DNA of 64,000 bases from Priapulus caudatus (lineage: Eukaryota), in contig NW_014577085.1 in assembly GCF_000485595.1 (NCBI RefSeq), positions 371,963 through 435,962 of the forward strand, in the 5' to 3' direction. Under the pieces are notes generated by a model that saw only the letters and a program-made list of their open reading frames with translations, did not search any database and was not told where the DNA came from. A program made the translations under genes and the position numbers. Positions 13,517 through 25,398 of this stretch are shown here, one piece after another (positions within the stretch are counted from its first letter, which is position 1; the number at the start of each line of letters is the position of its first letter).

Positions 13517-13832
13517 GGCCTAAAAAAAGACGTTTGTTTCCGCTCACCCGACCGAGTCCATTTTAAACTGACGTGTCGAAACCTTTTATTGTGATCGGCA
13601 AAAAAAAGAATTGTGTAATTTAAAAAATGTTTTTTTTAAATAAAAAAAATCCCAACGTGATATCGATCGGTGAATGCATTGATTTGACTTTGAAGTCATT
13701 ATATGGGCTGTTAAGTATAAAACAATTATTGTTAACTTAGAATGCAAAAAAAAAATATTTGATAAAAAAAAATTTGGCTGCCTACGGTGTCCAATTTTTT
13801 TAGCGGAAACAAACATATTTTTTTCTTAGGCT
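13517..13832. mobile_element. AT-rich TIR MITE (superfamily uncertain)
   Basis: AGGCCTAAAAAAAGACGTTTGTTTCCGCT ... AGCGGAAACAAACATATTTTTTCTTAGGCTT inverted repeats. Confidence 0.5.
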
Positions 13833-13965
13833 TTATATAATGTGTGTGTGTGTGCGTGCGCGTGCACGTGTGTGTGCGTGTGTGTGCGTACCTTAAATGT
13901 ATAACTGGAATAAAAATTATAATGGATAAGCGATCGTACAAAGTATGACAATATATAGGTAGTAC

Positions 13966-16900
13966 CTCTCTCACACACGGGGTGTAACATTTTGCTGGCG
14001 TGTGTGTCATCCATTTTGAGTCCTTGCTGCTGCCACAGCCATGCGTGCCCACCACGTCCACTGGGTTGGCCATCTTGCCATGGCGCGAAGGTCATTAGTG
14101 CACCCGTAGATGACCACGCCCACTGACCATTCTCCAGAAGAGTGCCGCTCGTCCAGATACCCTCATATGGCATTAGTGCTGCGTCACAGAGCAGAAAATC
14201 TTGGTGGAGATTCTTATAGATTATATACCATATTATATACTAGCTGCAGGTACCCGCTGCGCTGGGTAAAATCGTGCTACTAATTCATACTACTAATAAT
14301 GGGACACAATAGGAACATTGGGTAAAAATCGACAATAACATTGCACACAATATCAATATTTAGAAATCAGTCTAATAAGATAATAAGGGTTCAAGGATAG
14401 AGAACATGGGTTATATAATAATAACGTTTTGTCATTTACACNNNNNNNNNNNNNNNNNNNNNNNNNNNNNNNNNNNNNNNNNNNNNNNNNNNNNNNNNNN
14501 NNNNNNNNNNNNNNNNNNNNNNNNNNNNNNNNNNNNNNNNNNNNNNNNNNNNNNNNNNNNNNNNNNNNNNNNNNNNNNNNNNNNNNNNNNNNNNNNNNNN
14601 NNNNNNNNNNNNNNNNNNNNNNNNNNNNNNNNNNNNNNNNNNNNNNNNNNNNNNNNNNNNNNNNNNNNNNNNNNNNNNNNNNNNNNNNNNNNNNNNNNNN
14701 NNNNNNNNNNNNNNNNNNNNNNNNNNNNNNNNNNNNNNNNNNNNNNNNNNNNNNNNNNNNNNNNNNNNNNNNNNNNNNNNNNNNNNNNNNNNNNNNNNNN
14801 NNNNNNNNNNNNNNNNNNNNNNNNNNNNNNNNNNNNNNNNNNNNNNNNNNNNNNNNNNNNNNNNNNNNNNNNNNNNNNNNNNNNNNNNNNNNNNNNNNNN
14901 NNNNNNNNNNNNNNNNNNNNNNNNNNNNNNNNNNNNNNNNNNNNNNNNNNNNNNNNNNNNNNNNNNNNNNNNNNNNNNNNNNNNNNNNNNNNNNNNNNNN
15001 NNNNNNNNNNNNNNNNNNNNNNNNNNNNNNNNNNNNNNNNNNNNNNNNNNNNNNNNNNNNNNNNNNNNNNNNNNNNNNNNNACTGGCACAATTCTCGTCT
15101 TAGTATTCCACATCCTGCTAATTTCGATCTCCAGATCTTTGTACTTGGTGAGTTTGTGTCTTTCCTTTACCATGATATTAGTATCATCTGGTACGGCTAC
15201 GTCAATCAGCACGCATCGTTTGTCTTTCTTGTTGTGGAGCACTATAACAGGGCGGTTTGCAGGTATCGTGCGATCTGTCTGCACTGCCATATCCCACATT
15301 ATGGTAGTATTTCCGATGTTGGTAACTGGTCTCGGAGTATGTTCATACCACTTGTCAGGTACTTTCTCACCAAGTTCACTGCAGATTGACCAGTGCAGAT
15401 AGCTGGCTACGTTGTTATGGCAGATTATGTACTCGGTTGGGGTCAGCACTGTGCATCCGGCGATGATGTGGCTGATGGTCTCCTCTGCCTTGCTGCACAT
15501 TCTGCACTTGTTGTTGACCTGTTGCTTGAGGATGTTGCGTTGATGGTATCTGGTGTTGAGTGCTTGGTCTTGGGCTGCAATGATCAAGCTTTCTGTCTGC
15601 CTCTTGAGTCCGGAACTACTCGGTCAGGCAGTGCTTGCAATCTTGTCGACAAATGGCCTGTCGAGGCTTTTGTAGAACCTTCCATGCTGTCGAGGCTTTT
15701 GTAGAATCTTCCATGCTGTCGAGGCTTTTGTAGAATCTTCCATGCTGTCGGAGGCTCTTGTAGAATCTTCCATGCTGTCGAGGCGCTTGTATAATCTTCC
15801 ATGCTTCCAATCTTCTTATTATTATTATCATCATCATCATCATCTTCATTATTGTTGTCATGGTCGTCGTCGTTGTAAACATTGATCGCATTAGGTGGAT
15901 TTTGTATGCAAGGCACACAGTTAGATCATGTTTGTGCTGTAATCACGACGTTCCTGGCATATAAATCCTTCCTATAATTAATGTAGTTGTAATTATAATG
16001 AAGCTATGAACTTCCCTCAGGTTCGATACGGTTCAGTGTCATGATAAAAATCACTTTAGGCTATCGTAGTCAATGATAATAATAACCAATATTTGTGTTG
16101 CAAGACTTGACATTTAAACTTAAATTTTAACTACTACATTAATTACTACATGCATTACTACATTAATAACTGCTTTACATAAAAGTGTGTGCAAACACGG
16201 CTAACACAGATGTCTACCAAATCTTCAATCTTACGAACGGATCACAGGTCTCTCTGGTCAGTCGCGCTCCCGAGCTGGATGTTGTGCTGTCGGTGCGGTC
16301 GGACTGAATGCGACGATCGCCTTGCTAGGTTCATCGTCGCTTGAAACTTTATCTTGGGCTGCAGAAGAGGCATTCTTGTCGCTGGAAGCTCTCCGCCGGT
16401 AGAGTGGTAGATCTCGCTGCGGTTGTGAAGCACACGATTGGCGAAGCCTTACTCAACGTTGACTGTCTCTCTGTGTGACCGAACTGTCACCAACCTGTCG
16501 CGACTCAGGTGTGCGCTTCCTTATATAGCCGTGCGCCGACTCGCTGCACCAAGCTCCATCCAGGACCGTCTGGGGCTCAGGCCGCCATCTTTTCTTTCTC
16601 CTCCTACGTGTAGCTTTTATTGGCAACATCACTCCGACTTGCTTCATTTGCACGTAACGGTCGTCAAACTTCCATTATCTCAGCACTAATGACAACACTA
16701 CATCGATATGCTACTGCTCCAGAGACACCTAGCCATGCAAGCTGCCATAATAAACCTACTTCCACTAATTGTGTGCATGCCTGGCTTCACTGTGTAAAAG
16801 CTTCCACCCGGCTTCTGGGTTGACCGTGTCTTAACCTGGGACATAGGAATTCAATCCAGAATTTTTTGCAGGATGTGTGTTGTTCCCAGTAGCGCGATTT

Positions 16901-19900
16901 TCTGCACTTCTTGGGCAGTGTGGTGGCTAGGCAGTTCTTTGAGGTTCTTCTCAAAACCATTCTTTATAGAGCCAAGGGCTCCAACCACCACTGGCACAAT
17001 TGTCGTCTTAGTATTCCACATCCTGCTAATTTCGATCTCCAGATCTTTGTACTTGGTGAGTTTGTGTCTTTCCTTTACCATGATGTTAGTATCTTCTGGT
17101 ACGGCTACGTCAATCATCAGACATCGTTTGTCTTTCTTGTTGTGGAGCACTATATCAGGGCGGTTTGCAGGTATCGTGCAATCTGTCTGCACTGCCATAT
17201 CCCACATTATGGTAGTATCTCTGATGTTGGTAACTGGTCTCGGAGTATGTTCATACCACTTGTCAGGTACTTTCTCACCAAGTTCACTGCAGATTGATCA
17301 GTCCAGATAGCTGGCTACGTTGTTATGGCAGATTATGTACTCGGTTGGGGTCAGCACTGTGCATCCGGCGATGATGTGGCTGATGGTCTCCTCTGCCTTG
17401 CTGCACATTCTGCACTTGTTGTTGACCTGTTGCTTGAGGATGTTGCGTTGATGGAATCTGGTGTTGAGTGCTTGGTCTTGGGCTGCAATGATCAGGCTTT
17501 CTATCTCCCCCTTGAGTCCGGAACTACTCGGCCAGGCAGTGCTTGCAATCTTGTCGACAAATGGCCTGTCGAGACTCTTGTAGAATCTTCCATGCTGTCG
17601 AGGCTTTTGTAGAATCTTCCATGCTGTCGAGGCTCTTGTAGAATCTTCCATGTTGTCGAGGCTCTTGTAGAATCTTCCATGCTGTCGGAGACTCTTGTAG
17701 AATCTTCCATGCTGTCGGAGGCTCTTGTAGAATCTTCCATGCTGTCGGAGGCTCTTGTAGAATCTTCCATGCTGTCGAGGCTTTTGTAGAATCTTCCATG
17801 CTGTCGAGGCTTTTGTAGAATCTTCCATGCTGTCGAGGCTTTTGTAGAATCTTCCATGCTGTCGAGGCTCTTGTAGAATCTTCCATGTTGTCGAGGCTCT
17901 TGTAGAATCTTCCATGTTGTCGAGGCTCTTGTAGAATCTTCCATGCTGTCGAGACTCTTGTAGAATCTTCCATGCTGTCGGAGACTCTTGTAGAATCTTC
18001 CATGCTGTCGAGGCTCTTGTAGAATCTTCCATGCTGTCGAGGCGCTTGTATAATCTTCCATGCTTCCAATCTTCTTATTATTATTATCATCATCATCATC
18101 ATCATCTTCATTATTGTTGTCATGGTCGTCGTCGTTGTAAACATTGATCGCATTAGGTAGATTTTGTATGCAAGGCACACAGTTAGATCATGTTTGTGCT
18201 GTAATCACGACGTTCCTGGCATATAAATCCTTCCTATAATTAATGTAGTTGTAATTATAATGAAGCTATGAACTTCCCTCTCGGGTTCGATACGGTTCAG
18301 TGTCATGATAAAAATCACTTTAGGCTATGTAGTCAATGATAATAATAAACTAAAGTCCAGATGTCTACCAAATCTTCAATCTTACGAACGGATCACAGTC
18401 TCTCATGGTCAGTCGCGCTCGCCGAGCTGGATGTTGTGCTTGTCGTGGGTCGGACTGAATGCGACGATCGCCTTGCTAGGTTCATCGTCGCTTGAAACTT
18501 ATCTTGGCTGCAGAAGAGGCATTTGTCGGAAGCTGCTTCGCCGGTAGAGTGGGTAGATCTCACTGCGGTTGTGAAGCGCATGATCGGCGAAGCCTTACTC
18601 AACATTGACTGTCTCTCTGTGTGACCGAACTTCACCANNNNNNNNNNCAGAAGAGGCATTCTTGTCGCGGGAAAGCTCTTCGCCGGTAGAGTGGTAGATC
18701 TCACTGCGGTTGTGAAGCGCATGATCGCGAAGCCTTACCTCAACATTGACTGTCTCTCTGTGTGACCGAACTGTCACCAAACCCGCCGCGACTCAGGTGT
18801 TGTGCTTCCTTATATAGCCATGGCGCCGACTCGCTGCACCAAGCTCCATCCAGGACCGTGTCTGGGACTCAGGCCTCCATCTTTTCTTTCTCCTCCTACG
18901 TGTAGCTTTATTGGCAACATCATTCCTACTTGCTTCATTGCACGTAACGGTCGTCAAACTTCCATTATCTCAGCCACTAATGACAACACTACATCGATAT
19001 GCTACTGCTCCAGAGACACCTAGCCATGGCAAGCTGTCATAATAAACCTACTTCCACTAATTGTGTGCATGCCTGGCTTCACTGTGTAAAAGCTTTCTTA
19101 CCAGTGAAAAAAATACACGGGGCTCGGGGCGATTTAGCCCCCCGAAATGCCAAAAAGAGCCCCCGGAAATTTGCATAGAGTTCAATGCAAACCAAATTTT
19201 AGAGTGGCTATTTCATGCACCGAGCTTGAAAAGTAGCCCGCGAAAAATAAATTGTATTTTTTCCCTGTTCCTTACCCTCCTAACTCCTGCACATTGCTTA
19301 CAATTTCACATTATACTAATAAACACATCATTAACAATTATTCAGAAACTGCGTCATTATATAGTTGAACAAGTTAGCGCAGACCGTTTGCAGCAGCTAG
19401 GACTCTGTCGCAGCAGAGTTGGTTTCTGGTCTCGGTGGTGAATGGACACATCGGCGTGCGCGTGTATTTGTGTGGCTACATTTAACTTTAATGTTTATCT
19501 CTCTTGCTCGCTCTCTCTCACGCTCTCTCTCGCTCTCTCTCTCCCTCTCTCGCTCTCTGTAACACAACCCTGATTTCGAATTATCCTCTACCATCATTAT
19601 TATCGTCATCGTTATCATTATTGGGCTCTCGATTTATTCTGATGAGGCGGCGGCAGGTCTCCGTGTTTTTCCACGGCGGTGTGTGTGAGTGGGTGAGGGG
19701 GGGGGGACATTCATGAATCGTGTAGAGAAGCCGCGCATCAGTGTGGTAGTAGTGTGCTAGCGTACGATCGCATAGATGCACGAGATCACGTACCGTGCTC
19801 GATGTTGAGCCATATGACGACGGCCTGGTACTCGTCGCGGGTGTCGATGCTGAGCAGCTGAGCATGCAGACTCCTGCAATGCTCGGCCGCCTCCGTCACG

Positions 19901-22073
19901 TTCATGCCTCGCGCCTCGAAGTGGTAGCAGCCGCTGCCGTGATCCCCGACGAAGCTGAATCCGGCTGGGCAGGGAGCTGTGAACAGGAGAAGATGCGGTG
20001 TACTACGCTGGGGTGTGTGTGTGGGGGGGAGGGGGCTGACGGGAGGTCAGCGGGAACAGAGATGATGTGGCCGTATTCCGTTTTTATTTGCATCTCATTT
20101 TCGGATGCGTACGGAGAGAATTCATCTAAATAGAATGTATAATGCCTATGGATTTCTGTACATGTAGATAGGCTTAATATAGGCTTAGCATATTTAGAAA
20201 GTCTAGCATGCTCAAAATTTCATTAAATGTGATTACTAGAAAAAACACTGCATTCAAATGCCTATCGATTTCTGTACATGTAGATATAGGCTTAATATAG
20301 GCTTAGTATATTTAGAAAGGCTAGCATGCTCAAAATTTCATTAAATGTGATTACTGGAAAACAACACTGCATTCAAATTATTCAAGAATCCGTATGATTT
20401 TGTTATTGATTAGCGCATCATCTTCCAACAGACTTGTCAGAGTCACGTGACAAGGAAGTCTGGGCATTATGCCCACGTGCTTCCTGAAAACGCGAAATAT
20501 CTGTACGCGCATTTCTGCACACAATTCAATTTCCGCGCCAGTTGAAGTCGGTTTTAATGAGAAAGGCGTGTATTGGAATTCTCCGTTCGATTTACAAGTA
20601 GGGAAGTTTCACTTTTCTGTTGACTTGTTGTTAGGGCACTAAACCGAAACAAAACAAAAATCACAATCACGGTACATAAGGGAGCTGTAAAAATCTGTGA
20701 CTTTATAAAAGCAACTTTAAATTAATAAATTGTATGCAAGTAATGTCTGCAAATAAACGTAATTAATCTAATTGACGCTTATGAATGCTTTATTCATTAC
20801 TATGCGCTTATGCCGCTTATTAACTTTCTTTTAAGCACGCATTTCTTTTGATATTTGATACTTTTTGATATTTTTGTGGCGTGCGAGCCTTATTGCTGTA
20901 GGAAACCTACACACTACAAACCAGGCTCGTGCGAGATGATAGTGACTGGAGATACGCATTAGTATAGTAATAGCAGGAGTAGATAATAGGGATTCCTGGT
21001 AATAGCTGCAAGATTGGCTGGTGCGTGCATGGTCATGCATGGCCTCGATCGGTCGTATTTGCTGACGCAGTTTGCCGGTTATTAAGTGGAACAACACTAA
21101 TGTGATTTATTGAGAAATATCGATGGCTACTGTATATGCAGCCAGCCGAAGGTAGATGTGGTGTTTTCAAGAACGCGCTCATGTCTGCATGCTGCTGTCA
21201 TAACTGGGTTTGCTGTCAAGCTGGGTTTACACTACCGACTTTATGTTGTCAAATTGGCGAATTGGACCCACTTCCCAACTATGCGTGAACATGTTCATGT
21301 ATGCGTGCATGTATGTAGAACATGTTCTATTTTCGCCAACTAGTTGCTATCGACCAGTTGCTCGCACAACTTTTGCGTTTACACTACCGATTTTCGGTTG
21401 TATAGTTAGGAAGTTCGTCCAATTCGCCAATTTGACAACACAAAATCGGTAGTGTAAACCCAGCTTAAGACTAGTTGAAAATGATCGAGCAGGAAAGCGC
21501 TATAATTATCCCAAATTGTTTATATTGGTTTATTTATATTCTTTGACAGGGTAGCTAGCTTTCGTAAAATTTGCAACTTCTCGTTTCCGTATGGTTTTAA
21601 CAAACTAAGTTTGACTTAGTTTAGTATTCAAAGTCAAATTTCACAATAGTGTTTTAATTTTAAAATCAACTTATAAAAATGAAACAATTTGCAATCATTG
21701 ATAATCACGTTTTTTGCAGCAATAATGCGCTAAAAGACGTATGACGTATAGTAGTGACGTGATGATCATATAGCTATGATGAGAATGTTGTGAATGAATG
21801 AGAATGAGGAGAATTAATGCCAGAAGAGAAACACCACCTGACGGCATTCTCCTATATATATATCTTACTATATATATTAACAGGAGCGTATAATGACAAG
21901 ACGTATTTGTCATTATACGCTCCTGATATTACTATATATAACTTATTGCGCGGCCTCCCTGCATTCCTCACCCAGCTCAATTATCTGCACTTACCTCTTA
22001 GGGTTGTCGAATTGTTCAGGAGGAGCAGCAGTAGAACAACTTGCTTGTGTGTCATCGTCGGAGGCGAATGCAT
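13966..22073 (-). CDS. Secreted C-type lectin-domain protein (terminal exon not resolved)
   Basis: Phase-1 GT-AG exons: 21995-22055/22073 (signal peptide [20 protein letters not shown]), 19794-19976 ([60 protein letters not shown]) and 13966-14178 (GIWTSG...WAWSSTG...[11 protein letters not shown]...MDD...VCER) join in frame into a canonical CTLD pattern. Confidence 0.8.
15082..15810 (-). mobile_element. 5'-truncated RLE non-LTR retrotransposon (R4/Dong-like), copy A, dead
   Basis: AAQDQAL...CRMC...HIIAGC zinc knuckle and restriction-like endonuclease motifs (RPV instead of RPD, IDVAVP, KxxKY); in-frame TGA at 15624-15626; runs into N gap. Confidence 0.85.
16804..18070 (-). mobile_element. 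5'-truncated RLE non-LTR retrotransposon (R4/Dong-like), copy B, dead
   Basis: [15 protein letters not shown]...AAQDQAL...CRMC...HIIAGC...RPDIV...IDVAVP...KLTKYKDL...PVVVGALG...[12 protein letters not shown]; in-frame TGA at 17298-17300; 5' junction abuts (TAA)n/(GAT)n. Confidence 0.88.
17566..18063. repeat. 29-30-bp minisatellite, ~17 units (about 5 units at 15658-15805)
   Basis: Unit GTAGAATCTTCCATGCTGTCGAGGCTCTT, identical to the retroelement codons HGRFYKSLD read on the minus strand. Confidence 0.95.
20140..20378. repeat. Two-copy ~118-bp tandem duplication
   Basis: AATGCCTATGGATTTCTGTACATGTAG...AACACTGCATTCAAAT occurs twice in tandem. Confidence 0.85.
21219..21465. mobile_element. PIF/Harbinger-like foldback MITE
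   Basis: AGCTGGGTTTACACTACCGA... / ...TCGGTAGTGTAAACCCAGCT long inverted arms; TCA/TAA flanks. Confidence 0.7.
21881..21925. mobile_element. 45-bp hairpin micro-element with 7-bp TSD
   Basis: CAGGAGCGTATAATGACAA-loop-TTGTCATTATACGCTCCTG; flanks ATATTAA/ATATTAC. Confidence 0.65.
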
Positions 22074-23364
22074 TCCGAACTGTCACAGGTGTAATAGGGG
22101 AAAATAGTGCTGCAAGTGGCATCTAGCCGAAAAACTCAACACTCCGTCATGTCAGCTGAAGCTACTGTGTGATATATTCAGCTAATATACTAGGATGTTC
22201 CATGCGTACCCCGTTGTTGCCACGTGGCGTGACCGTATCCCATTAAGGAACAGAGTTAGCGTACGTGTTATTAAATTTTCAGTCGTCAGCCATCCGAAAT
22301 TTGACGCGTAGTGTCACCGCATTGCCCGATATTACCAATTATTTACGATGGCTTAATGGCTAGAGGTTGCTCTGTTAGGACCAAGAGTACAACAAATGAT
22401 CGTGGTCTAGTGTGTAAATTCGGGTTCGTTTCCCAGTAAAATAGGCTTTAAACACACAGGGTTTATAAAGAGTTCGCGTCTTGGTTGTTTTGTTCAATTG
22501 CTGAGATTATATATCTCCCGTGAATGAGGATGAATGCAAGGTTTGAGGATTTGTGGACAGTTTGATTGATGAATTGCAGGTAATCGGGCAGTTTTGGCAG
22601 GCTCATTTGTCGCTCTCCGTTCGGCTCCATAGTCATTTAAATTGATACAGCGAGCCAGTTCAGGGAACGGAATTATAACTGACTAGTTTCTTACTACGTC
22701 TGATCCTACAATAAGCCTGCACATAGAAGGAAAAAGAGTAGGAATACAGGCGATAAAGTGGCAAGTAAGCTAGAAAAAGAGACAAGACAGGCGGATAGAA
22801 CGAATCTGGTGAAGAGAGTGGAAGAAATATCGAGAGAATAACTATAGCGACTGAAAGATAGCCAGGCATGAGAGTGATAACAAGAGATGCGGGTGGAGGG
22901 TGAGGGTGAGCATGAGAGCAGCTGTGGAACGCGTTGTTAGTCGTCTGCTATGTGTGTCTACGCTGTGATACAAACCATTAACCTGTTAGTTTGCATGACG
23001 CCACCCAGCGTAACACTTACATGTCACCGTAGTGACCGTACTGAACCATTAAGTTCAGATGGTATCATTTAGATGAATTAAGCCACAATGATAGCCATCC
23101 TCAAGAACACGCCCTAGATTGTCACGTTTCTAGAGTTCGAAGTGACTAGAAAAGGAAATAAGAATAGAATCAGTGTGGAACCTGAACACCGTATCACATT
23201 GCTGCTGGTATATATATATATATGCACTATAGCAGCATAACTGCACCAGCATTAGTTACAACGTGCAAAGGTGTGAAAGTCTAAGTCTAACAGGCCCTGT
23301 GGCAGAGCGAAGGTAGTTCTAGAGCTATCTGCTTCCATGCTTCCATCAATTACCCTAATATAAA

Positions 23365-23434
23365 TTGTGTGCGTGTGTGTGTGCGTGTGCGTGTGCGTGT
23401 GGCGCGTGTGTGTGTGTATATATATAGTAAAAAA

Positions 23435-23485
<51 letters not shown>

Positions 23486-23513
23486 AAAACAAAAAAACAA
23501 AAAAAAATTAAAA

Positions 23514-23550
<37 letters not shown>

Positions 23551-23660
23551 ATACAAGGAGGGTATAATAATAGACATCTATAAATAGAATCTATTAGTAT
23601 ACACTCCTGATATATATATATATACGTGTATATATATATATATAATATATACACACACAT
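23365..23660. repeat. (GT)n, long poly-A and (TA)n low-complexity block
   Basis: About 120 nt of near-pure A at 23429-23550. Confidence 0.9.
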
Positions 23661-24012
23661 ATACGGTCTGTCAGACGTGAGAGAGTGATTGATTGAGGGA
23701 GGAGGAGGGAGGGGGGGATGGGTGCGAAGAGCGTAGTCGAATCCTTATTCCACAGTTTGTATTGCAGACCTTTCATTTGACTGATTTGTAAAAATAATGT
23801 TTAATAAAAAAAAGTTTCTTGTTATTCTTGATCCAACTAAATCACACATCGAAAATCTAACACGTGATTTATACAAGAATTGCTCGACTGTGACACCTAC
23901 AGTGATGTATGAGCTACTTGCCACTTTTAATTTGAGGAATGTATGATGGCTTATATTGTAATTCGCATTAATTATAATATAGAACACATCGCGGTATCCC
24001 AGTACGATCAAT

Positions 24013-24063
24013 CAGGAGTGAATAATAATATATAGTATTATTATATATTATTATTCACTCCTG
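24013..24063. mobile_element. 51-bp hairpin micro-element
   Basis: CAGGAGTGAATAATAATATATA...TATATATTATTATTCACTCCTG; flanks resemble a TSD with an indel. Confidence 0.55.
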
Positions 24064-24517
24064 ATCACATGCATGCATGAGCAATGGAGGTTACAGTTAG
24101 CCAGAATCGTGATAGCAGCTATAGGTGATAAAATCTGACAGTCGGCCGCGTGCTCTATAACTATTTACAACATAATGACGCGTTCACGTCGTACGCAATG
24201 TTACAACGTCTGTGGAGCGTAGACATTCTGTCTGATATTGGCACTTGAACCTCAAAATAGAACCGCACGTATTCGTGACTGCTTTCAGTATTCTGGATCA
24301 AGTATGGCAATATGCTATACTATCTCAGGTCCTCAGTACCGTTGGCCCTTACGTGTCAATTCGTTATCTCACATTTTACGAGTTTGGTAATATGTTTGGC
24401 TTTTTGCACATTTTTGATTAGCTTGGTGCAAACTACTCAAAGTCACTACTCACTACGGAAATCACCCTTATATATGTGCAATCGAAATTTATTGTGTAAA
24501 TAATGTATATATACAAT

Positions 24518-24547
24518 CAAGAGCGTAACCTTCTTAATACGCTCTTG
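24518..24547. mobile_element. 30-bp micro-element with 7-bp TSD
   Basis: CAAGAGCGTA...TACGCTCTTG flanked by ATACAAT on both sides. Confidence 0.65.
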
Positions 24548-25162
24548 ATACAATCTGTTCTGTGCCCTCACATAATGTAAATTAAGGTTAAAGAGGATGA
24601 CTGATCTGTTGGGACTTTGTAATCCCATCACGCAGTCAAGTTGTCCCTAATCCATTTAATCCAATTAGCTGACCTTACATCTGTGCATTACTTTACATAT
24701 ATATTGAGTGTATGACATAGACTGCAGGTAGCCGGCCATGTTACAGCCTTAAAATGTCAACTTGAGTTTATAAAAAGAAATTAATTACAGGTCTTTATGG
24801 GTAAGCACTGTCGCAAATTGAACTTGGCATGTGTCCCTTTTGTGTGTTGTGACTGCTCTTTTGTGTTGACCATGCAAGCTTCACTGTCAGTGCCTGGAGC
24901 TAGATTATGACTCGTGCCTTGCGGCCAAAAAATTGATTTCTACGTTGGTAGCAGAATTACTCGCAGTCGATGAAGCTTGCTGAAGCCCATGAATTTACAA
25001 CAAAAATCTGCTGCCACAAACATTTACACACGTCAGACATGCCACGGCATTTGCCATGACCGTTACTGTCATGGTTGTTTATAAATTGCCAATTTACTAA
25101 CTGTTGTTGGAATACCTGCTATTCTATTTTTATATGGTTAATGTTTATTTAATTTTTTGCAG

Positions 25163-25350
25163 GGATGCTATGTGCCTGCAGAGATGTGCATCCTGACTCC
25201 TGTGGATAGAGTGTTCACAAGGCTTGGAGCCAGAGACCGCATTATGGCTGGTACTGTCTACACGTAATCCGTATGAAGTGACTTATAAGAAATGGACATG
25301 CAATATGCATGTTACTACATGTAATATGTATGATGCTTTTGATATGTGTG

Positions 25351-25398
<48 letters not shown>

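Noticed and set aside
14406..15103. 200-380 aa ORFs in the ORF track
   Set aside because: Mostly translation through the N gap at 14442-15081.
17566..18063. CRISPR-like array of 29-30-bp repeats
   Set aside because: Units are directly adjacent with no unique spacers, there are no cas genes, and the context is eukaryotic.
20920..21040. Alternative signal-peptide exon for the lectin (YYLLLLLLY)
   Set aside because: An in-frame TAA precedes the donor; the 21995-22055 exon fits better.
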